This document shows, piece after piece, positions 12,011 through 25,095 of a stretch of DNA of 64,000 nt (positions are counted from its first letter, which is position 1; the number at the start of each line of letters is the position of its first letter). Origin of the DNA: Somniosus microcephalus (taxonomy: Eukaryota). A model generated the notes under the pieces. The model was not told the DNA's origin, did no database searches, and was given only the letters and a program-made list of their open reading frames with translations. A program made the position numbers and the translations under genes. The DNA lies in NCBI GenBank assembly GCA_052327205.1, contig CM126208.1, positions 273,296,001 through 273,360,000 on the forward strand. Direction: 5' to 3'.

Positions 12011-15000
12011 CGAGGCGCATCGCCCATTCCTTTCCTAGCCTCACCTCACCCCCTTGGAGGAGACGGTGCAGGCCATTCTTGGCAGGGGCATGGTTGAGCC
12101 CTTGGCCAGTGGTGGGGCTGAAAGGATACAAGATGTATGTTCTCCTCCTTCTGGCATGCACCTCTTGCTTTCCTGCCCTCCTGTCAGCACCACTCCACCA
12201 TTGTGCCTTCCTCATTTCACATACCCAAGAATTGCAACCTGCCTAGCCAATGGGACCGCAGGCAGCTGATTCCCTCCTGGATATTCCGGCCACAAAGGGG
12301 CTTTCTGGGATGCATCCTTCCGTCTGATTCCTCCTCTTCAGCTTCCTCCTCCTCTGTGTCTTTTTCTCTTCCTTCTGCAAGCGGATGCTGTAAATGTGAA
12401 ATGACAGCATAAAATGCTGGAGATACTCAGTTGGTCAGGCAGCATGTCAATTTGATGTGAACTCTGTTTGTTTTTCTCTCACTCCACAGATGTTGCGTGA
12501 CCTGCTGAGTATTTGCAGCATGTCCTGTCTTCTCAAAGGCCTTCATTTACCATCCGAGCCCTTGCAAGTGTCCAGCAGCAATCCCTACACAGTTTAAAAA
12601 AAACTTGCCCCATCTATTGCAGCAAGCCACCACTGCAATGAAATAAAAATAACAAAGTCCAAACCCTAAAATTCAAACTTACCTGAATGATATGTGTGAA
12701 GCGCTGCAGACATTGCTACTGTCAGTCTGCTTACACGCCCTGTTAACCTGGCATGCTTGGGACCCAGTGCTGAATTCAGCGCCAGGGTTGAAGTTAACGT
12801 TGGTGACATTAAGTCGCCGTTGCATGCTGATTGACGTCACCACGCTGCCATTATTTCCCCCAGGGTGGTACCAGTTACTGGCAGCGCAAAAGGAGAGAGA
12901 AATATGGCGGCCGTTGCGGGACCCGCCACCAGCTGGCAAAAGAGCGGCGGCTGCCATTTTATTGCCATTTCATGGTGCGACGGAGTGTCGGCAAGTAGAT
13001 TAATTTCTAGCTCTGTTTTTATATTCTATGTAAAGATGCTGTCTAATATTTGATCTGGGAGTGCTTGATGGTAACAGTACGGGGAAATAGAAAACTGTTG
13101 AATTGTTTTGCGCTGACATCCATCTTTAAAAATAAAATAATGTGTATGAAGTGACATTTATGGTACTAGCTTCACAGTCCAATAATCAAATCTGGTTGAG
13201 CGCAAAAAAAAAAGCATATGTGTCTGTGTAGTGCTACTGGGGCAAGGAAATTTGAGGTTGTTGAAATGAAATTGTTGTGTAAGAATGCTTCTTTCAGGTT
13301 TTTATGAAGGTACTTAAACAGTTTACCACTTGATTTGGTTTCATAAAACAGTTCTGTCCTGTAATTTCAGTTAATTGGTTTTAGTAAATCTTCACAACAG
13401 CTCGTCTGTATCGGGGTAGTTTCTAAAGTACAGTACATCTGATTTTAACTTTCTTACCTTTTTGCCAGAGATGTTACAATTGCAGATTGAGCTCCTATGC
13501 AGTTTATAATAATAACACTGTATTTGAGACAGAGGGATCTTTTGTCTTTTGTCTTTGCATGGATGAGTATCATGCAGCCTTGGGGGCTACATATAAAGTT
13601 TAAACCCATGTTGACAATATGCAGATATCTCAAACTGCCGATGGTAGCAGATCTTTGGATATTTGATATAGCCACCAATGAGGCAGTGGCACCACAGGCA
13701 GCCCTTTCTAAACCATAAGGCTCAAAGAATTCAAACGAGACAAACCAATCAATAAGACATATAATATGACTCAGTTGTTTGGGCTTTGAGAGTCAGATGG
13801 ACGGGGCTTGGAGCCGCAGGTTAGACAAACCCCGCATTAAGTTATTCATTTAAATCCGTAATCATGGCCTACTCAGTAGGTGTTAGTTAATCAGATGAAT
13901 TAGATTGGGGGTGGGTGGGGAGCAACACTTTCTGCCTAAAATTTTGCTGAAATTGACCAAGTTTAGACATGCTTGATTTACAATTAATAAGGATCTATCT
14001 TGGCCACGAAGTTCATGAGTAAACATGATTTGTTTTTATCTGTTGCATTTAGTTAAAATATTTTCTTCAAGACTGTTTTGTTACATGTCTTTTTTTGAGT
14101 GATTCCAAGTCTTTTTTTTTCCTGCCCAAATTTCTTTCCTCTTCTGAAGGCATTGACTGTTTGCCTTGTGGTTGAACAGGCCCAGGCCACCTGCTGATAC
14201 CTCACACATATGGCCTCCCTTCTTGCGTGAACCGAGATACTGACTGTTGATATGCTATTTGATATTGGAGGGCGCAAGAATTGAGGACAGTCCAGTTCTC
14301 AGCTGATGTCCACATGCATGCAATTTGTGCCAAGGTCATTGAATAACCTATGGGTGCAAGAAGCCGAGCTGTGCTTTCTCCCTCCTTAGCCTGAGGGCAC
14401 AAAGATCAGTTGTAACATCCCACTTGCTGCCCTGGCTGAAATTTAACATAGACCACAGTTTGAACTTCGGTCCCTCCGGCCTGCATGGTTTTATGCTAAA
14501 CTGGGCGATCAGGGGAGCTGAATTTCTGTTTCTCGTTGCTAATACTTTGAAGAACAATCCCCCCAAAAATTTAAACAGCTGGTTAATTGCAGCTTCAAAA
14601 GCATGGAATGTTCTGGGTGAGGGAAAAAAAATCCTTTCTCTTCTTGAAAATGAAGTTGGTGTCTCTGATCGAAACATGATTGTGTTATCTGAGGAGCTGA
14701 TGAGTCAGGCAGGTTGCTGAGGGAGGCTTGGCTTTTCATACTTCGAGTTCTATAGATAGAAATGAAAACAGAATATTCAGCTGCTGGGTTCAGAGTAATG
14801 CCGAACGAGATGAACCTTTTGGAGGGATGACAGGTGCAGCCTACAGTTGGGCTAATTTGTGTATAAAAGTTAGCCCTGGGTCAACTCTAGGGCAAAGGAG
14901 CCAATGTGTATGAGAAATCTCATGCTGGCAGCAGTAGATGTAGGGCCATTTATTATAGTTTTGTTCATTAAAGCCAGCTAACGTGAAGATGGACTAGCAC

Positions 15001-15056
15001 AACTTTACTTTGTGAACATGAGGGAATTTAACATGGTGCATTTAAATAAATACTAT

Positions 15057-15545
15057 GGCTCATAATTTGCGGTCAGCGGCAAAGCTAAGGTGTTTGCTGC
15101 TGGCCTCGAAGAAAGCTGCCGACAGATCATGCTGTCTCTGTGGTGAAAACTTGAGGTTTCTCTACATGTACTTGATTGCAGCGCTATGAATAGGGGATTC
15201 TTAGAGCAATGCAGCAGTGATGTCATTAAACTGCCTAATCAGCCAATCACATTTAAGGATTCGCACAGACAGCAAACCAGGAAATAAAAACCAGCTTTTA
15301 TCCGCACATTTAAAAAATGTTAACGAGCGAAATAAAGATTGGGACTTTCACATGGGGATAAAGTAGAAGCTGAAATATCATGAACAAACTTCAATTTAAA
15401 AAAAATGTGTAATTTTTATCATAATGGAGAAATTTGACATTCCAAAAGTATAAAAATTAGATTTTCAGGGCCTGAACAGTTGTTTAGCAGTCAATACACT
15501 GTTAAAACCCCAGTTACACCTATCCCAACAAGGCTCAACATTTAA
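15057..15545 (+). mobile_element. Non-autonomous DNA transposon fragment (Harbinger-like)
   Basis: Colinear similarity with 52346-53063 (ttgcggtcag..., cagccaatcaca, cataatggagaaatttgacattcca). Confidence 0.6.
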
Positions 15546-16650
15546 TGGGGTGTTTAAGATGTAAGATGTATGGCACAGTATTTATAGAAAATATGAGCTT
15601 ATTTCCCAGAAATGCTGTGTAAATCAAAATGTGTAGAAGTTGGGATGTTTCAAGTGTGAAACGTGTATTTTTTTCAGCAGTCTTTGTTTATGTTGGCATG
15701 TTGGAAGTGGTGATACTGTATCAGATTTTTGCTTGCATGCAATTAGCCGACTAATGGTCGCTATATCGATAATGCAGAATTTGCCTTTCATCTGTTCTAA
15801 GGAAGTTAGAGTTGCAAGTGGTGGAGACAGGATGGATTTTAGTGCTGTTTGCTTTCAGTTGCTGTAGGGTTGCTGGTTAAGAGAAGCACAGAAAACCTGA
15901 GTCACTGCATGTGAGCTACTTCAACATCAGTCAACTTGATTGACGTGACTGAGCTTGTAGATTTGGCTAGACAGGTGCCGTAGGATTCCTAGCCAGAGAA
16001 GTGTGAAGGTTTTATTTGTTGCTGTTAGTCAGACATTGCAGAGTAGTGAGAAAGTTTCAATCTCTAATACTGGTGAGGACGATGGTTCCTCTGGGAAGTA
16101 CTGCCGGAGCCCAGTCCACGTCACCGTGGGTGGCTCATCTGTACAGCGGGGGGTTGAAGGAAAATGGAGGAAGGCCAGGAAAGAAATAGTGACGGGGATT
16201 CAATAGTTTGGGGAACAGACAGGCGTTTCTGCGGCTGCAGACATGACTCCAGGATGATATGTTGCCTCCCTGGTGCCAGGATCAAGGATGTCACTGAGCG
16301 ACTGCAGGATATTCTGAGGTGGGAGGGTGAACAGCCAGCGGTCCCTATCGGTACCAATGACAGAGGTCGAAAGAGGTTCTGCAGGCACATTTTAGGGTGC
16401 ATGGAAAGAGATTAATAAGCAGGACCTCAAAGGTCGTAATCTCTTTTACTCCCGGTGCCACACACCAGTGAGTGCAGAAATAGGAAGATAGAGCAGATGA
16501 ATGCGTGGCTGGAGAGATGGTGCAGGAGGGAGGGCTTTAGATTCCTGAGGCATTGGAACCGGTTCTGGGGAAGGTGGGTTCTGTACAGGCCGGATGGGTG
16601 GCACCTCAACGGGGCCAGGACCAATATCCTCACTGGGAGATTTGCTAGTA

Positions 16651-17215
16651 CAGGTTGACTATCCCTTATCCGAAAACCTTGGGACCAGCTGTGTTTCGGT
16701 TTTCAGAAATTTTTGGATTTCAGAAGGTATTATTTCAGACTGGGAAACTCTGAACATTAACTTAATTTGGTAATTAGTATTTGTATTTAATATAAATTTT
16801 AAAAGTTCAGGCTACCTCTTGAGACTGTTCCGTGTCTCATTCCCCTTCCTGCTTGTCTGTGCTGCCGCTCCCAGTCTGTTTACAGCTCCCCCTGCTCCGG
16901 GTCTCATTCCCCTTCCTGCTTCTCTGTGCTGCCGCTCCCAGTCTGTTTACAGCTCCCCCTGCTCCGGGTCTGAATTCCTTGACTTAGTGGGGGTCTGGGG
17001 CTCGACTGCCGCCACCAGTTGTGGGAAAGCCGGATATCGGCTGACTCCTACGCTAAGCTGGCCCGCAAATCAGGTCAGAAAAGCATCGGCCGTGTGGGGT
17101 CATGTTTGGCGCCACTCGGGTTATGTCGTGCGCATGACTTACGCTCCACCAAAAAAACTTTCGGCTTTCAGAGGTTTTCGGTTTTCAGAAGTGCGGATAA
17201 AGGATAGTCTACCTG
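16651..17215 (+). mobile_element. Tigger/pogo-like MITE, family C, complete
   Basis: TIRs caggttgactatcccttatccg / cggataaaggatagtctacctg with TA TSDs at 16649-16650 and 17216-17217. Removing it restores the CR1 ORF1 end (...GRFAS|TVGEGLN*). Confidence 0.88.
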
Positions 17216-18460
17216 TACTGTTGGGGAGGGTTTAAACTAACTTGGCAGGGGGATGGGAACCTGAGCATAGATTCAGAAGGGAGAGAAACAAAACTGGAAA
17301 TGGAAGGTAGACAATGAGTAAGTGTGTTTGGAAGGCAGAGGAAACAAAGGCTAGAAAATAGACAACAGAGGGGTTGGGCAGTGCTTAATGGTGTATACTT
17401 CAATGCAAGGAGTCTAGTGAATAAGGCAGATGAGCTGAGGGCACAGATAGACTCGTGGAGGTATGATATCAATATTACTGAAACATGGCTGAAAGGTGGT
17501 CAGGAATCGCAGCTAAACATTCCTAGTTACAGGGTTTTCAGATGAGATAGCGAGGGGGGATAAAAAAGGAGGGTTGCAATATTGGTTAAAGAAATAATTA
17601 CAGCTGTGAGGAGGGATGATATGTTAGAAGGATCATCAAATGAGGGCATATGGGTTGAACTGAAGAAAGAAAAAGGGGCAATCACACTGCTGGGAGAGTA
17701 CTTTCGACCCCCAAATAGTCAGCGGGAGATAGAAGAGCAAATATGTAGGCACATTTCTGAGAAGTGCAAAAACAATAGGGTAGTAATCGTAGGGGATTTG
17801 AGCTACCCTAATATTAACTGGGATCGAATTAGTGTGAAAGGTATAAAGGGTGCCAAATTCTTAAAATGCATTCAGGAGAACTTTTTTACTCCGTACGTAG
17901 CAAGCTCAGCAAGAGAGGGGGTGGTTCTGGACTTAGTTTTAGGCAAATAAGCTGGACAGGTAAAGGGGTATCAGTGGAAGAGCATTTTGGTGGCAGTGAT
18001 CATAATTCAGTTAGATTTAGCCTAGCAATGGAATAGGATGATAGACCAGGAGTAAACGTTCTCAATTGGGGAAAGGGCAGTTTTACTAAGCTGATTGAGC
18101 AAAAGTGGACTGGAAACAGCTACTTGAAGGTAAATTAGTGTCAGAGCAGTGGGAGGCATTCAAGGAGGAGATAGTGAGGGTTCAGAACATGTGCCCCCAA
18201 AGAAAAAGGGTGGGCCTTCTAAATCTAGAGCCGCCTGGATGTCGAGTGGTATACAGGGTGGGACAAGGCAAAAAAGGGAAGCTTATTTCAGATACCGACA
18301 GCTAAATACTGCAGAAAGCAGAGAGGAGTATAGAAAGTGCGGGGTGAAATTAAAAAGGACATTAGCAAGTAAAGAGAGGGCATGAAAAAATATTGGCAAG
18401 TAAAAGCAAAGAAAACCCAAAGATGTTTGAAAGTACATATAGCAAGAGGATATAGCAAGA

Positions 18461-18772
18461 GGGGGGCGCACAGTGGCATAGTGGTTAGCACTGTTGCCTC
18501 ACAGTGCCAGGGACCCGGGTTCAAATCCGGCCTCGGGCGACTGTCTGTGTGGAGTTTGCACATTCTCCCTGTGTTTGCGTGGGTTTCCTCCGGGTGCTCC
18601 GGTTTCCTCCCACAGTCCAAAGATGTGCGGGTTAGGTTGATTTGGCTATGATAAATTGACCCTTAGTGTTAGGGGATTAAATACGTGGGGTTACGGGGAT
18701 CGGGTGGGATATGTGTCGGTGCAGGCTCGATGGGCCGAAATGGCCTCTATCTGCACTGTGGGGATTCTGTGT
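18461..18772 (+). mobile_element. HE1-type V-SINE
   Basis: tRNA head (tggcatagtgg A-box, ggttcaaatcc B-box), V-domain ctgtgtggagtttgcacattctccc...gggtttcctccgggtgctccggtttcctcccaca, and CR1-like tail gcaggctcgatgggccgaaatggcc. Confidence 0.92.
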
Positions 18773-20924
18773 GAACTAAAGAAAGAATAGGGCCTATTAG
18801 AGAGCAAAAAGGTAACCTGTGCGTTGAGGCGGTAGACGTGGGGATGGTTCTTCATGGATACTTTGCGTCTGTCTTCACAAAAGAGAGGGATGATGCAGAC
18901 ATTGTAGTTGAGGAGGAGTGTGAAATATTGGATGAGTGAAACATAATGAGAGGGGAAATATTAAGGGGTTCAGCATCTTCAAAAGTAGATAAATCGTCAG
19001 GTCTGAATGAAATGTATCCCAGGCTGTTAAGAGAAGTGAAGAAGGAAATAGTCGAGTCTCTGACCATCATTTGAATCCAAAATTGGCTCAGTGGCAGGAA
19101 GCAAAGGGGAATGGTTGCTAGGATTTTTGTGACCGGAAGGTTGTTTCGAGAAGGGTTCCGCAGGGCTCAGTACTGGGTCCCTTGCTTTGCGTGGTATATA
19201 TCAGTGATTTAGACTTTACTGTAGGGGGCATGATTAAGAAGTTTGCACATGATACAAAAATTGGCCGTGTGGTTGAGAGTGAGGAAGAAAGCTGTAGAGT
19301 GCAGGAAGATATCAATGGACTGGTCAGGTGGGCAGAAAAGTGGCAAATGGAATTCAATCTGGAGAAGTGTGAGGTAATGCATTTAGGGAGGGCTAACAAG
19401 GCAAGGGAATACACATTAAATGGTAGGATACTGAGAAATGTGGAGGAACAGAGGGTGTCCACAGATCCCTGAAGGTAGCAGACGGGTAGATAAGGTGGCT
19501 AAGAAGGCATACGGGATACTTTCCTTTATTAGCTGAGGCATAGAATACAAGAGCAGGGGGGTTATCCTTGAACTGTATAAAACACTAGTTGGGCCGCAGC
19601 TAGAGTACTGTGTACAGTTCTGGTCACCACATTACAGGAAGGATGTGATTGCACTAGAGAGGGCACAGAGGAGATTTACGAGGATGTTGCCTGGGCTGGG
19701 GAATTTTAGCGACAAGTAAAGATTGGATAGGCTGGGATTGTTTTCTTTGGAACAGAGGAGTCTGAGGGGAGTCTTAATTGAGGTGTATAAAATTATGGCG
19801 TGATTATTTGCACCGCGTTTTTGGCGCTTTCTGTTCATGGGCACCCGTTTGGTACTGTGCATTCGCACTCTATCCGGTCGCGCATGCACAGTATGCCACG
19901 GCTGTGGCCTGCACCGTCGCACTTTCCTCGGCTCTGTGCATAGACGGTCAGGGGATCTGTTGGCCATGGAGGGAGAGGGGATTGAAGGGGCAGGGCTATG
20001 AGAGGATTGATTGGCGGGGTGGGGGGGTGGACTTGAGAGAGGAGAGGGGATCCAAGGTGGGGGAGGGAGGAGAGAGGATTGAAGGGGGTGCGGTGGGGGG
20101 AGGAGAGGGAGGGAACAGTGGGGATGGGGCAAGAACGTGATCCAGATCTAAAGGCGGGGTGGGTAGAGAAGAGCGAGAACGTAACCCAGATGGGAAGACG
20201 GATCACGTTCTCTCCCCACCCCACCCCACTGTTGCACATGGATCACGTTTTTCCAACCGTACACCCACATTCTTCACACCCGCACCACCTTCTCCCTCTC
20301 CTCTTCCTTGACCTGGTTGATTTCTTGGAAAGCCTGGCGCGTGTGTGGCAAGTGACATAATTGGACTGGACGAAATCCAGAAGTCATGGCACTGTCACTA
20401 TTCACGTCATACCCAATAAACCTATCAACAATCTATGACCCACACAAGTGCCCCATCTATTTTGGGGGGGAGGGCAACAGACCAAGAGCTGGAAAGCGGG
20501 ATTAGGCTGGCTAGCTCATTTTCGGCCAGCACAGACACGATGGGCCGAATGGCCTACCTCTGTGCTGTGCATTTTTGTGATTCTATGAAATATAGTGGTG
20601 ATTATTACAATGCAAGAGACTGTTAAGTGTATATCTGTAGTGTATGCACTACAGCTGTAGACCATTGCATGTATATTCTCTCTCAGCAGATTACTGTATC
20701 TGGTGAAGGCTAATGTATTCTTTGCTCATTTGACAATCATGGATTTTTGAGAATTGCCTTTAGCTGTATAATTAGCCATCAAATGTTTGTGGAATGCTGT
20801 ATTTAGGAATTTATCTGGTGAGTGCGTGTGTGTGTGTCTCTTGCTGTCTGTGTATGTTGCTGTCTTGTGTCAGTGGGGGTCGGGGGGAGAACGCTCCACT
20901 GGCTGGAGACATACCGAGCACAAA

Positions 20925-21530
20925 GGAAGATGGTTGTGGTTGTTGGAGCCCAATCATCTCAACCCCAGGACATCATTGCAGGAGTTCCTCAGGGCAGTGT
21001 CCTGGGCCCAACCATCTTTAGCTGCTTCATCAATGACCTTCCCTCCATCATAAGATCAGAAGTGGGGATGTTCGCTGATGATTGCAGTGTTCAGTTCCAT
21101 TCACAATTCCTGAGCAAGACCTGGGCGACATTCTGGCTCGGGCTGATAAGTGGCAAGTAACATTTGCGCCACGCAAGTGCCAGGCAATGACCATCTCTAA
21201 TAAGAGTCTAACCACTACCCCTTGACATTCAACGGCATTGCCATTGCCGAATCCCCCCACCATCAACATCCTCGGGTCACCGTTGACCAGAAACTTAACT
21301 AGACCAACCACATAAATACTGTGGCTACAAGAGCAGGTCAGATGCTGGATATTCTGCGGCGAGTGACTCATCTCCTGACTCCCCAAAGCCTTTCCACCAT
21401 CTACAAGGCACAAGTCAGGAGTGGGATGCAATACTCTCCACTTGCCTGGATGAGTGCAGCTCCAACAACACTCGAATCTCTACACTATCCAGGACAAAGC
21501 AGCCCACTTCATTGGCACCCCATCCACCAC
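20925..21530 (+). mobile_element. CR1-group (Daphne/Crack-like) LINE fragment
   Basis: AGVPQGSVLGPTIFSCFINDL...MFADD and IYKAQVRS. Confidence 0.8.
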
Positions 21531-22282
21531 CTGTTCAGGGAGAAATGTTGACCAGGACATGAGAACACCATATGGTCATTGAATGATGTCATGGGATTTT
21601 TAATATCTTTCTAGACAGGCAGGCTCAGTTGGTAGCACACTTGCGTTGGTCAGAAGGTTTCCTGGTCCCAAAAATGAATATCCTGCAATTGCCTACTCCG
21701 TCAAATACCCAATTCTCTAAGTTATGGAAGCTGGTGTTAACCCTAAGCTTATCCATCGGTTTGGAAGTTTTGACCTAATCCTTGATGGCTAGTATAGTTT
21801 TCAGCATAGCTGTGCTGCTGATGAGCCAGTTATCCACGTTTTTCACCCCTGCAGTCAGTTCTTGAACACTTGGGAAATCTTCTCCAAAGCCTTTCAGGGG
21901 CCTTGGTATTTTGCACAAACTACCATGATTTTTCCACCAACCAAAGCCACGTACGTGGCTATCTAGTTTCTTCTTGCATCACTATCGATGTTGTAGTTGA
22001 TCACTCGTCCTCTGAGTCTTTTCCCATTGTTTGATTGTGTCCTTGCAGCTTATTCCAACTCTTGTTTGTCCTTCATTCCAATCACCTCTACTCATAAGTC
22101 AGCCTATCCATTGATGATTTTGCATTACATTTATGAATATTCTTGAAATTGCTCACCCTCATTCCATGAAGCTTCCATTGTGCAATAGCTGATTTACTAC
22201 ATTTTGATCTCCATTATGTCCTTTGGGAAATTGCTTTCTTTTTTCTTTCACTTCTTCAAAGACACTGCTTATCTGTTCTCAA

Positions 22283-22632
22283 TTCGTCGTCGTACGTGTC
22301 TTCACACTATTCCCTTTGGGGAACTGTATGAAGTGGCGGAAGGATTTCTGGCCGCGATTAACGCTCCTTCCGTGACCGTAACCATCTTCGTACCAGCCAT
22401 TAGGGTGGTTAGTCCTATGGCGGGAGGGTTTTACGGGCTCCCACAACCCATATGAGGTGGGGGGGGCCAACCCACACCCACCCACGGACGCAAGTATCCC
22501 GCTGGATGTCAACCCAGAATTTAGAGCCGGAGCTCCGACCCCACTTGCCGGGACTGTCTGGAGCGGGGTTCGAAACCCTACGCCTTCTGGCCCAGCGGCG
22601 GGGATGCTACCGCTACACTAAAGGCCCACTCC
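22283..22632 (-). mobile_element. Young tRNA-derived SINE with an (ACG)n tail
   Basis: Minus strand begins ggagtgggcctttagtgtagcggtagc...gggtttcgaacccc (A/B boxes) and ends gtacgacgacgaa. 10-bp TSD ctgttctcaa at 22273-22282 and 22633-22642. Confidence 0.8.
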
Positions 22633-22854
22633 CTGTTCTCAAGTATAACCAGTAGATATCACCTCTTAGTTCAATGGTTTCATCCTTAGTCCTTCACTAC
22701 TGGCAGTTCTGGTGTTACGATCACCGTTGACCTCAAACAGAACGCCAGCTCCTCCATCACTCATGTTCTCTTTGAGAAGCGTGGTTTCTCTGTTTGAGTT
22801 ACACTTTTTCCCTTAACTCTGTAAAGCCTAACTCTTTCCGAGACTTGAACTTAA

Positions 22855-23335
22855 AAACATAAGAACATAAGAAATAGGAGCAGGAGTAGGCCAATCGGCC
22901 CCTCGAGCCTGCTCCGCCATTCAATAAGATCATGGCTGATCTGATCCTAACCGCCAATCTACTATCACAGAACCGTCTCCTGAATCTAACAGAATTAGAC
23001 ACATGAAATAGGAGCAGGATCAGGCTACACGGCCCCTGGGCCCGCTCCGCTACCCACAGGGCCATGTCCGATCCGAACCTAGACTCATGTCCAAATTCCT
23101 GCCCGCTCCCCGTAACCCTTAATTCCCTTTACTTCTAGGAAACTGTCTATTTCTGTTTTAAATTTACGTAATGATGTAGCTTCTACAGCTTTTTGGGGCA
23201 GCATATTCCATGGACCTACCACCCTCTGAGTGAAGTAGTTCCTCCTCATCTCAGTTTTGAAAGAGCAGCCCCTTATTCTAAGACTATGCCCCCTAGTTCT
23301 AGTTTCACCCATCATCGGGAACTCTGCTTCCATAT
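22855..23335 (-). mobile_element. CR1 3' end with a duplicated tail
   Basis: FPMMGETRTRGHSLRIRG... and two tail copies (22855-22950 and 23000-23085). Confidence 0.88.
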
Positions 23336-23817
23336 CTGGTAATGTGCTCCTGGGTTTGTGTGTGAGTGCGCGCTTGTGCATGTCATGCTGCATGCTCTTT
23401 TTCCTTCTCTTTTATATCTGCACTATTCAAATATCAGTGCCACCACAGAGACTTGTGATTGTGACCCAGCATAAGCAGGCTTCTGTTACTGGTTTGAACT
23501 GATTGCTGAAATTTCATGGATCAATGACAGCACAAGGTTAGGCAGTGTTCTGCCCCTCACTCCCCCCCCCCCCCCCCCCACCCCAGTTAACTTTTCCCTC
23601 TCCTTTCTACTGAAAGTGTTGACTACTTGCCATGACCTGATTCTGCTGTTACCAGTTGCCCTGGCTGCCTTACCAAAGGGCCATTATTTATGTGAGTCTT
23701 TGTGCAGTAAATAACTTGCCAATAGCAATGTGTCACAGCCAAACGTGATACTTCTAGCCAGGTCTCTCTATAGCATTTTGGGGTGGCAACCATGATTTCC
23801 CTCCCACTCACTGACTT

Positions 23818-25095
23818 AACATAGAAACATAGAAGATAGGAGCAGGAGTAGGCCCTTCGAGCCTGCTCCGCCATTCAATGAGATCATGGCTGATCATCCA
23901 AATTCAGTACCCGGTCCCTGCCTTCTCCCCATATCCCTTGATCCCTTTAGCCTCAAGAAATATATCCAACTCCTTCTTGAATATATTTAATGAATTGGCC
24001 TCCACTGCCCTCTGTGGCAGAGAATTCCACAGATTCACCACTCTCTGGGTGAAGAAATTCCTCCTCATTTCAGTCCTAAATGGCTTACCCCTTATCCTTA
24101 GACTATGACCCCTGGTTCTGGACTCCCCGGCCATCAGAAACATCCTTCCTGCATCTAGTCTGTGCAGGCCTGACAGAATTTTATAGGTTTCGATGAGATC
24201 CCCTCTCAGCCTTCTAAACTCCAGTGAGTAGAAGCCCAATCGACATAATCTCTCCTCGTACGTCATTCCTGCCATCCCAGGTATCAGCCTGGTGAATCTT
24301 CGCTGCACTCCTTCCATGGCAAGAACGTCCTTCCTCAGGTAAGGCGACCAAAACTGCACACAATACTCAAGGTGCGGTCTCACCAAGGCCCTGTACAACT
24401 GTAGCAAGACATCCTTGTTCCTGTACTCGAACCCTCTTGCTACGAAGGCCAACATACCATTTGCCGCCTTAACCGCCTGCTGCACCTGCATGCTGACCTT
24501 CAGCGACTGGTGCACAAGAACACCCAGGTCTCTTTGCACTTCCCCTTCTCCCAATCTATTGCCATCCAAATAATAATCTGCCTTCCTGTTTTTGCCACCA
24601 AAGTGGATAACCTCACATTTATCCACATTATAGTGCATTTGCCATGTTTCTGCCCAATCACCCAACCTGTCCAAATCGTACTGGAGTTTCACGACATCCT
24701 CCTCACAGCTTACCCTCCCACCCAGCTTTGTGTTGTCTGCAAATTTGGAGACATTACATCCAATTCCCTCGTCCAGATCATTAATATATATTGTGAACAG
24801 CTGGGGTCCTAGGACCGATCCTTGCGGTACCCCACTAGTCACTGCCTGCCACTCGGAAAACGACCCGTTTATTCTAACTCTTTGCTTTCTGTCCGCCAAC
24901 CAGTTCTCTATCCAAGTCAATACCTTGCCCCCAATCCCATGTGCCTTAATTTTGCACGCTAATCTCTTATGCGGGACCTTATCGAAAGCCTTCTGAAAGT
25001 CCAAATACACCACATCCACTGGTTCTCCCTTATCTATTTTACCAGTTACATCCTCAAAAAATTCCAGTAGATTAGTCAAGCATGATTTACCTTTT
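23818..25095 (-). mobile_element. Young 5'-truncated CR1 LINE with an uninterrupted RT C-terminal frame
   Basis: 402-aa ORF ([44 protein letters not shown]) and an intact tail with (tttctatg)n. Confidence 0.95.

Larger units (their letters stand above)
16040..20590 (+). mobile_element. Old CR1 LINE (ORF1 esterase, APE endonuclease, RT) with nested insertions
   Basis: GDSIV...CCLPGARIKDV (SGNH esterase), YFNARSLVNKADEL, ITETWL, YFRPPNS, KFAHDTKIG, and a 3' tail at 20470-20590. Confidence 0.88.

Noticed and set aside
18461-18540. tRNA gene
   Set aside because: It is the tRNA-derived head of an HE1 SINE. The same applies to the heads at about 22560-22632 and 26610-26700.
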